NCBI GenBank assembly: GCA_029561175.1
Contig: JAKQJL010000041.1
Location: forward strand, 1 to 51,895
DNA: 51,895 nucleotides
DNA from: a bacterium
GTDB taxonomy: Bacteria > Patescibacteriota > Microgenomatia > UBA12405
Reading direction: 5' to 3'
Shown here one piece after another: positions 50,901 to 51,895 of the stretch. A program made the position numbers and the translations under genes. The notes beneath the pieces are model-generated. The model was not told the DNA's origin and made no database searches. It saw only the letters and a list, made by a program, of their open reading frames with translations. Each line of letters begins with the position of its first letter. Position 1 is the first letter of the stretch.

Positions 50901-51895
50901 GTAAATCACGTTTCATTCCCACTTTTACTTGAACCCAAGTTTCTGAAGTCGACCCTAAACCAATATTATCACCACTTCTTAATATTTGTTTATAACTAGC
51001 CGTACTCAAACTAACCGGATCAGTACCGCTTCGAAGATACATATCCACTTTTCCTTCACTATTTGAATTCCATATTAACGAGCTACTTAAACTTAATTTT
51101 GATCCACCATTAATTGGTTCTGACTCATAAAAAGCTGTTGTTGATGACGCTGGTTGAGTAACTCCACCACCAATTACAAAACCCATGTCGTAGCTATCAA
51201 CCGCCGTTGTTCCACCACCCCTAACTAAGTAATATTTTCCATCAGGACCCATAAACATGGTCATTCCCGAACCTGGAGTTGCTGGTAAAGTTGGTCCCAC
51301 CGAAAACATTGTTTGCCCTGTCCCCACCGACACATCAACAATATTTGTCCCAGTTGAACCAGAACCCAATAACAATAAATACTTACCATCTTGACGCCAA
51401 ACAGCTTGAGCTCCGTCAGTCAAATTTGCCGTTGGACCCATTCCTGCTCCACTATTTACTGAAAATGCTCCATAATTACCATTATTTGGATCGTAAAAGT
51501 AAGACTGATTAACCTGACCATTAATTACCAAGTATTTTCCTAGCTGAGTTCTAATTGACAAAGCCCCAGCTGTCAATGAAGGTCCAACTCCTAAAGCACT
51601 TGGATTTAACAACAAGCTTCCAGCACCACTTGCTCCAACGTTGTAAATCATCATATCAGTCCCACCTACACCCCTAAAGACCAAATAAGACATATCATCT
51701 CTCATCAATGCATGCGAGCCAGCACTAAAAGAAACTCCTATCGAAGCTCCTGCTAAATAAATTCCAGTAGTACCCACACTACTGTCATACAACCCCCAGT
51801 TTGAAGTATTACCACAAAATACAGCATATCTCCCGTCTGGTCTTTGAATTGCATTTGTTCCCGCCCCAACTGCAATTGTCGCTCCACCGCAAACT
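47908..51895 (-). CDS. Giant surface protein (more than 1,329 aa; 5' end outside the window): two beta-propeller-like repeat arrays, a tail-fibre-like beta module, a coiled coil, an H-type-lectin-like domain and a PT-rich tail
   Basis: The frame stays open from the track start (TTG at 51792) to the window edge (...QRPDGRYAVFCGNTSNWGLYD). At least 12 repeats of R.DG.[YFW]L[IV]..G.G...T.[IV]YD. See the findings for the remaining domains. Confidence 0.8.
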   Translation of the reverse strand, partial: VCGGATIAVGAGTNAIQRPDGRYAVFCGNTSNWGLYDSSVGTTGIYLAGASIGVSFSAGSHALMRDDMSYLVFRGVGGTDMMIYNVGASGAGSLLLNPSALGVGPSLTAGALSIRTQLGKYLVINGQVNQSYFYDPNNGNYGAFSVNSGAGMGPTANLTDGAQAVWRQDGKYLLLLGSGSTGTNIVDVSVGTGQTMFSVGPTLPATPGSGMTMFMGPDGKYYLVRGGGTTAVDSYDMGFVIGGGVTQPASSTTAFYESEPINGGSKLSLSSSLIWNSNSEGKVDMYLRSGTDPVSLSTASYKQILRSGDNIGLGSTSETWVQVKVGMKRDLPAFLDQDWGIRKANQTRYRRSNRDPALYDFTIDNSAAVHKTKFDFGGSTDESGPVQVNLVNDTDKNLGLSLMTSVDYGALAPVNNTVLLGSFVRHKTLNIAPSQTVIAMKRPNGNYTLAIGQTLPYSLVYDQASQTSSLNTVNPTAKLGIGAQSFKRPDGKFLIVLGDGSSATNIYDPVLNTFSNGPGLIGNVGRGSMVMSLPNGRVLIWHGNYTNTSTIYDPFANTVIAGPESKSPIGMGALYIPRADGTFLMAMGTTNETCSAPSLGSNLFNPYTMSVSSTAPNISATAGRGIGLGSMAIPRVDGNWLVVLGAGSSAGTGASSACAASTITMLYSPEANRVLAGPVLTASAGSGAHAMQRGDGTWLIVHGGGVATSSIYKEKANAWTADIGLGGTMVTGPTTTANVAAGSLSFQRDDGKYITVIGNASTVVNITDALWIDKGMYKSEALYVPDLDSNSTLTWKASPNYSGISAEVKTSTTKEGLQSASVREITSPGMLIGGSSGEKWLGINFNFRRFFPANGGVLADNWVNSGSVNGYSLRQFSKPTLNEYSVTKDVTLMDLKADGMSVFRVSSNGNVYTSGNGVINSGGADLAENYTSSDELAKGEVVAIDPSNNHGVKRTKYQYQPDLVGVVSSDPGFVAGYATKNSYPVALVGRVPVKVSTENGIIRTGDRLTSGSIPGTAMKATKMGRVIGKALESIDENNLIACPTSEFGNTQAKCGMVMMFVNLTDYMGVPIEEAMGKTITNKEQILEFLADYKNNSSNQNTSQLFSDQVVTGELVADTILANKIKAKQIEGIEIWTNKIGSLEEKMAQVVEDKESSESTQMVTPTPKTENSLLKALTEFWGKVLFKGETEFESIPMFSKEMAGFAILEVGETSIEVKFEKEFKVAPVVNVSLMVEDDTEGSVLDGDFRYYVTKQNPNGFTIKLNRPISSKLKFSWSALSVKEPKTYQNPTPTPTLMPTETPSPTLVPTIEITPLPSTVESTESAKMEI

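Noticed and set aside
1-51895. CRISPR arrays, transposases, integrases, prophage blocks, rRNA
   Set aside because: No regularly spaced direct repeats and no recombinase-like ORFs were found. The only periodic DNA is the Pro/Thr-coding tracts and the protein-level repeats in the giant gene.

Overview
AT-rich, very tightly packed bacterial window. It has many 4-nt ATGA stop/start overlaps, convergent genes that abut or overlap, and almost no intergenic space. It uses the standard genetic code, with TGA as a stop for rpmF, nfeD and pilM. Three things point to a Candidate Phyla Radiation / Patescibacteria-type genome (possibly Microgenomates-like): domain-minimised housekeeping proteins, Pro/Thr-rich linkers on envelope proteins, and a secretin-less type IV pilus locus. 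This taxonomic call is inference only.

Contents:
- 15 tRNA genes in four clusters.
- A TetR-YhgE/Pip operon with a clear promoter and operator palindrome.
- An NfeD-SPFH pair, followed by tgt and an MtaB-like methylthiotransferase.
- An archaeo-eukaryotic DRG-type GTPase.
- efp and a short trigger factor.
- The thrS-infC-rpmI-rplT-pheS-pheT cluster.
- A class A PBP, then recG and rpmF-nusB-rnc-rpsP-KH.
- A 12.7-kb co-directional type IV pilus block: pilM/N/O-like, PilX-like, eight further pilin-like genes, pilD, a separately transcribed major pilin, and pilC/T/B.
- holB-fic-ligA, then pth with an overlapping tRNA-Ala, and a NUDIX hydrolase.
- An orphan cytoplasmic protein.
- A giant surface protein (more than 1,329 aa, open at the window edge), translationally coupled to a LytR_C protein and a small membrane protein.

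Most interesting signals:
1. The giant repeat/lectin-like surface protein operon.
2. The pilus locus, with expanded pilin paralogues and Cys-rich tip-like modules.
3. -10 boxes sitting 5-10 nt from start codons with no Shine-Dalgarno sequences, which suggests leaderless initiation.
4. tRNA promoters with a conserved 13-mer at a fixed 10 nt from the mature 5' end.
5. A DRG-family GTPase in a bacterium.

No CRISPR array, transposase, integrase or rRNA was seen. All functional calls come from motif recognition by eye in the supplied translations; no database search was run.
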